Shown: positions 63,747 to 64,000 of the stretch, one piece after another
Layout: every line of letters begins with the position of its first letter
Position numbering within the stretch: position 1 is the stretch's first letter
Sequence record: PQ799574.1
DNA length: 64,000 nt
Reading direction: 5' to 3' (one strand)
Source of the DNA: Escherichia phage vB_EcoM_Maryam
The notes under the pieces: model-generated
Told to the model about the DNA's origin: nothing
Database searches by the model: none
The model's input: the letters and a program-made list of their open reading frames with translations, nothing else
Program-made: the position numbers and the translations under genes

Positions 63747-63775
63747 GGACTCCTTCGGGAGTCCTTTTTTATTTT
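63747..63775 (+). terminator. intrinsic terminator
   Basis: GGACUCC-UUCG-GGAGUCC plus UUUUUUAUUUU. Confidence 0.75.
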
Positions 63776-63794
63776 CCAAAGATTGCACAAAGTT

Positions 63795-63824
63795 GTTTAC
63801 AGTACGGTTCCTTTGTGATAGTAT
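63795..63824 (+). promoter_or_regulatory. early promoter (GTTTACA-N17-TAGTAT)
   Basis: Consensus -35; weaker -10. Confidence 0.4.
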
Positions 63825-63850
63825 TATCTTACACAAACAAAGGAGAATAA

Positions 63851-64000
63851 AATGAAAACGATTAATCTGAACGCTACAGTTAAAACTAAATGCTTCAATG
63901 GTAAATATGATGAAACTATGTGGTTCTTAATGGCAGTTGAAGGTGATATTATTGAAGTAGAAACAACAGAAGGTATGGGAACAGATTTCACCTTTACAAT
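63851..64000 (+). CDS. hypothetical protein, N-terminal part (runs off window end)
   Basis: AAAGGAGAATAAAATG initiation region; early promoter upstream. Confidence 0.45.

Overview
This window is a T-even (T4-like, Tequatrovirus-type) Escherichia phage genome segment, recognised from memory of T4 proteins and gene order; no search was run. It is densely coding and falls into two blocks. Block 1 (1 to about 31.8 kb, genes on the minus strand) carries denB, rIIB, rIIA, topoisomerase gene 39, dexA, dda, srd, modA, modB, soc, 56, 61, the 61.x cluster (sp, dmd), 41, 40, uvsX, a DNA glucosyltransferase, 42, imm, DNA polymerase 43, regA and 62. Block 2 (about 31.9 to 64 kb) carries arn, asiA, holin t, tail-fibre genes 38 to 34 on the minus strand, then rnh, dsbA, 33, 59, a GIY-YIG endonuclease, 32, frd, td (with a group I intron encoding I-TevI), nrdA, nrdB, denA, 63, alc, pseT, cd, 31 and rIII on the plus strand. 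Gene content is T2/T6-like rather than T4: gene 39 is unsplit, gp38 is an adhesin-type protein, nrdB has no intron, and no dam or segF is present. I found no single clearly novel system. The two strongest anomalies are a 1-nt frameshift in DNA polymerase gene 43 and a synteny break next to gene 62, where block 2 is inverted relative to block 1 and genes 44/45 are missing. Other observations are repeated early-promoter cassettes, tandem paralogues with duplicated 3' ends in the 61.x region, and an antisense MotA-type promoter between srd and modA. No tRNA genes or CRISPR arrays were seen.
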